Positions 34,553 through 36,587 of a DNA stretch of 36,587 nt are shown here, piece by piece. Position numbers and translations under genes: made by a program. Source of the DNA: a virus. Lineage: Duplodnaviria; Heunggongvirae; Uroviricota; Caudoviricetes. The stretch lies in the IMG/VR virus record IMGVR_UViG_2703718784_000020. One strand, written 5' to 3'. The notes under the pieces are model-generated. The model made no database searches and was not told where the DNA came from. It saw only the letters and a list, made by a program, of their open reading frames with translations. Position 1 is the first letter of the stretch, and each line of letters opens with the position of its first letter.

Positions 34553-35203
34553 ATGGCCGTCAACTCAAACGGTTCAAACAATCGCGTTGCTGGGCGTGAT
34601 TTTCACGAAAAGAATATTCAGATAGAGCGATATGATGGTTCTCATACCGTCAATATCGCAATCCCTTCGAATAATGATGATGACGATCGCCCTTTGCTTA
34701 AGGCTCAGCGTAAGGAGCTAAATAGCTTGGTTGCTGCTATTGCAGAAGCTAGCAATACTGAAGCGTTTATTATTTGGCAAAAAGTACATGCGGAGATTGG
34801 TGTAGCTGGTATTGATGATATGACAGTAAATCAATATAAAACAGCGGAGAGTTTTCTGCATGCAATGCTTGAGCGATGTAAAGATCATGATGCCTGTAAG
34901 GCTCTTGTAAGTTTATTACTACGTAACAGTGAAGACTGTGGACTTCGACAAAAACTTCTGCGGTATTGCCATATCAATTTCGGTACAGGACGTTTAAACG
35001 ATCTTACTCGTTCTCAGTTACAGTCTGCATTGTCGTGGTTAGAGCAACAATCGGCATCAAGCCACACAGAGAGTTCGACCTTACCAGAAGTCCGACTTCG
35101 TGCTTCAGAATTAATCCGACTTTATCCAAAAGAAATAATATTCTTTATCTGCGTAGGGGTTTTGGTAGGCGGTGTCATTTCTAGGGCGTTTTTTAATTTG
35201 TAA
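34553..35203 (+). CDS. Tail-anchored membrane protein of unknown function (lysogeny-operon cargo)
   Basis: 216-aa ORF 15 bp after the repressor gene with RBS GGGAGG; single C-terminal hydrophobic helix IIFFICVGVLVGGVISRAFF; AT-rich. Confidence 0.55.
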   Translation: MAVNSNGSNNRVAGRDFHEKNIQIERYDGSHTVNIAIPSNNDDDDRPLLKAQRKELNSLVAAIAEASNTEAFIIWQKVHAEIGVAGIDDMTVNQYKTAESFLHAMLERCKDHDACKALVSLLLRNSEDCGLRQKLLRYCHINFGTGRLNDLTRSQLQSALSWLEQQSASSHTESSTLPEVRLRASELIRLYPKEIIFFICVGVLVGGVISRAFFNL

Positions 35204-35232
35204 TCTTACTTGAGCTAAATTGAGGTAATGAT

Positions 35233-35580
35233 ATGAAAGTAAAAAAGGTTCAACTATTAGTTACTTTTTTATCTATGTTTTCTTTTTCCGCCGTCGCAAT
35301 GCCTTTTAAAACTATTGAACGTGAGAGTTTCAATGGGGTATGGCCATTTAATACTGATGAGGTTCAATTACAGTGTCTTGATGGTAATCCTTATGTGATG
35401 AATTTTGACGATAATAAGTTATATGCACTTACAGGCTTGGCTCGAATAAAAGGTAAAACATTTGGTGGGTTACCGTTAGATAACAATAATCCATTTTGGC
35501 TAGATAATGATGCCGCCCCAGGGTTAAAAAAGAGTCTGGGGGATGTCACTAAGGCTGCATTTGATTTATGTGATAAGTAA
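35233..35580 (+). CDS. Small secreted/periplasmic protein of unknown function (lysogeny-operon cargo)
   Basis: 115-aa ORF with N-terminal signal peptide MKVKKVQLLVTFLSMFSFSAVA; visibly AT-rich; RBS GAGGTAA. Confidence 0.55.
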   Translation: MKVKKVQLLVTFLSMFSFSAVAMPFKTIERESFNGVWPFNTDEVQLQCLDGNPYVMNFDDNKLYALTGLARIKGKTFGGLPLDNNNPFWLDNDAAPGLKKSLGDVTKAAFDLCDK

Positions 35581-35585
35581 CTAAA

Positions 35586-36587
35586 ATGTCGGTTCGTAAG
35601 ATTCCATCAGGTAAATGGCTTTGCGAATGTTATCCCTACGGGGCATCGGGAAAACGCATTCGTAAACAGTTTGCGACAAAAAGTGAGGCGCTCTCTTATG
35701 AGCGCCGTTTAATGAATAGTAGAGTTGGAGACGAGTTTCAAGATGGTTCTGGTCCTCGTCTTTCTGAGTTGATTGCTCGTTGGTTTGAGATGTACGGTAA
35801 AACCTTGTCCTCTGGTGCAGAGCGCAAAGTCAAACTTGAGGCGATTTGTTCCAGGCTGGGAGATCCATTTGCTTCTCAGTTTGACAAAAATATGTTTGCC
35901 ACTTATCGGGAAAGAAGGCTATCAGGAGAATGGAATCCCAAGGGGAAGAAAAAACTTAGTGAAGCAACCGTTAATCGCGAGCAGTCATATCTACATGCTG
36001 TTTTTGCCGAACTGAAGCGCCTTGGGGAGTGGTCTGGTGAAAACCCCCTGACTGGTATTCGCAAGTTTCGTGAGGAAGAAAAGGAACTGGCGTTTCTGTA
36101 TGTAGATGAGATTGAACGCCTTCTGATTGCGTGTGATGAGTCACGGAATAAAGATTTGGGGGTTGTTGTCCGTATTGGGCTTGCGACTGGTGCTCGGTGG
36201 AGTGAAGCAGAAGGATTAAAGCAATCTCAAGTACTGCCCGGTCGAATCACATTTGTTAAAACTAAAGGAAAGAAGAACCGCACTGTACCGATTTCACCTC
36301 AATTGCAGGCTATGCTTCCCAAAAAACGAGGAGCGCTATTTTCACCATGTTATGAGGCTTTTGACGCTGCAATTAAGAGAGCGAAGATCGAGCTTCCTGA
36401 TGGGCAATTAACTCATGTGCTACGTCACACGTTTGCCAGTCATTTTATGATGCGGGGCGGAAATATTCTTGTGTTGCAAAAAATACTGGGGCATAGCGAT
36501 ATAAAAATGACTATGCGTTATGCGCATTTTGCTCCAGGTCATTTAGAGGCTGCTGTTGAATTGAACCCTTTTGACAATAGAGGGTAA
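35586..36587 (+). CDS. int: Tyrosine integrase (P2 Int family)
   Basis: 333-aa product with catalytic residues in ARWSEA (Arg), HVLRHTFASH (His-x-x-Arg) and MTMRYAHF (Tyr); N-terminus KWLCECYPYGASGKRIRKQF typical of P2-type integrases; the stop codon is the last triplet of the window. Confidence 0.9.
   Translation: MSVRKIPSGKWLCECYPYGASGKRIRKQFATKSEALSYERRLMNSRVGDEFQDGSGPRLSELIARWFEMYGKTLSSGAERKVKLEAICSRLGDPFASQFDKNMFATYRERRLSGEWNPKGKKKLSEATVNREQSYLHAVFAELKRLGEWSGENPLTGIRKFREEEKELAFLYVDEIERLLIACDESRNKDLGVVVRIGLATGARWSEAEGLKQSQVLPGRITFVKTKGKKNRTVPISPQLQAMLPKKRGALFSPCYEAFDAAIKRAKIELPDGQLTHVLRHTFASHFMMRGGNILVLQKILGHSDIKMTMRYAHFAPGHLEAAVELNPFDNRG

Overview
The window holds a short chromosomal segment followed by an almost complete P2-family (Peduovirus-like) prophage of about 34 kb. 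The chromosomal part is pgsA (1-549) and a glyW-cysT-leuZ tRNA cluster (701-1002), then a ~1.3 kb junction with a small secreted-protein ORF and an unannotated Hok/Gef-family toxin gene (2016-2156, minus strand). The prophage runs from ogr (2346-2606) to a tyrosine integrase that ends at the window edge (35586-36587). All calls are from reading the sequence and the ORF track against remembered protein families; no database search was run. Structural genes are recognisable as P2 homologues: D, FI, FII, E/E' (-1 frameshift), T, U, G, H, I, J, W, V, S, R, a lysis cassette, X, L, M, N, O, P, Q. The FI-FII-E-T-U block is on the opposite strand to D/ogr and to the G-H-I-J-W-V block, which departs from the collinear P2 order. 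Cargo sits at three positions: a glycosyltransferase family 9 gene at the Z/fun position (9588-10826); a parMRC-like actin-type partition cassette plus three unknown small genes between replication gene A and the cos region (25137-27560); and two AT-rich genes between the immunity repressor and int (34553-35580). The most promising candidates for an undescribed system are the three-gene cluster next to cos and the repressor-linked membrane/secreted protein pair. Gene A is followed, after a single in-frame TAA, by about 314 further open codons.
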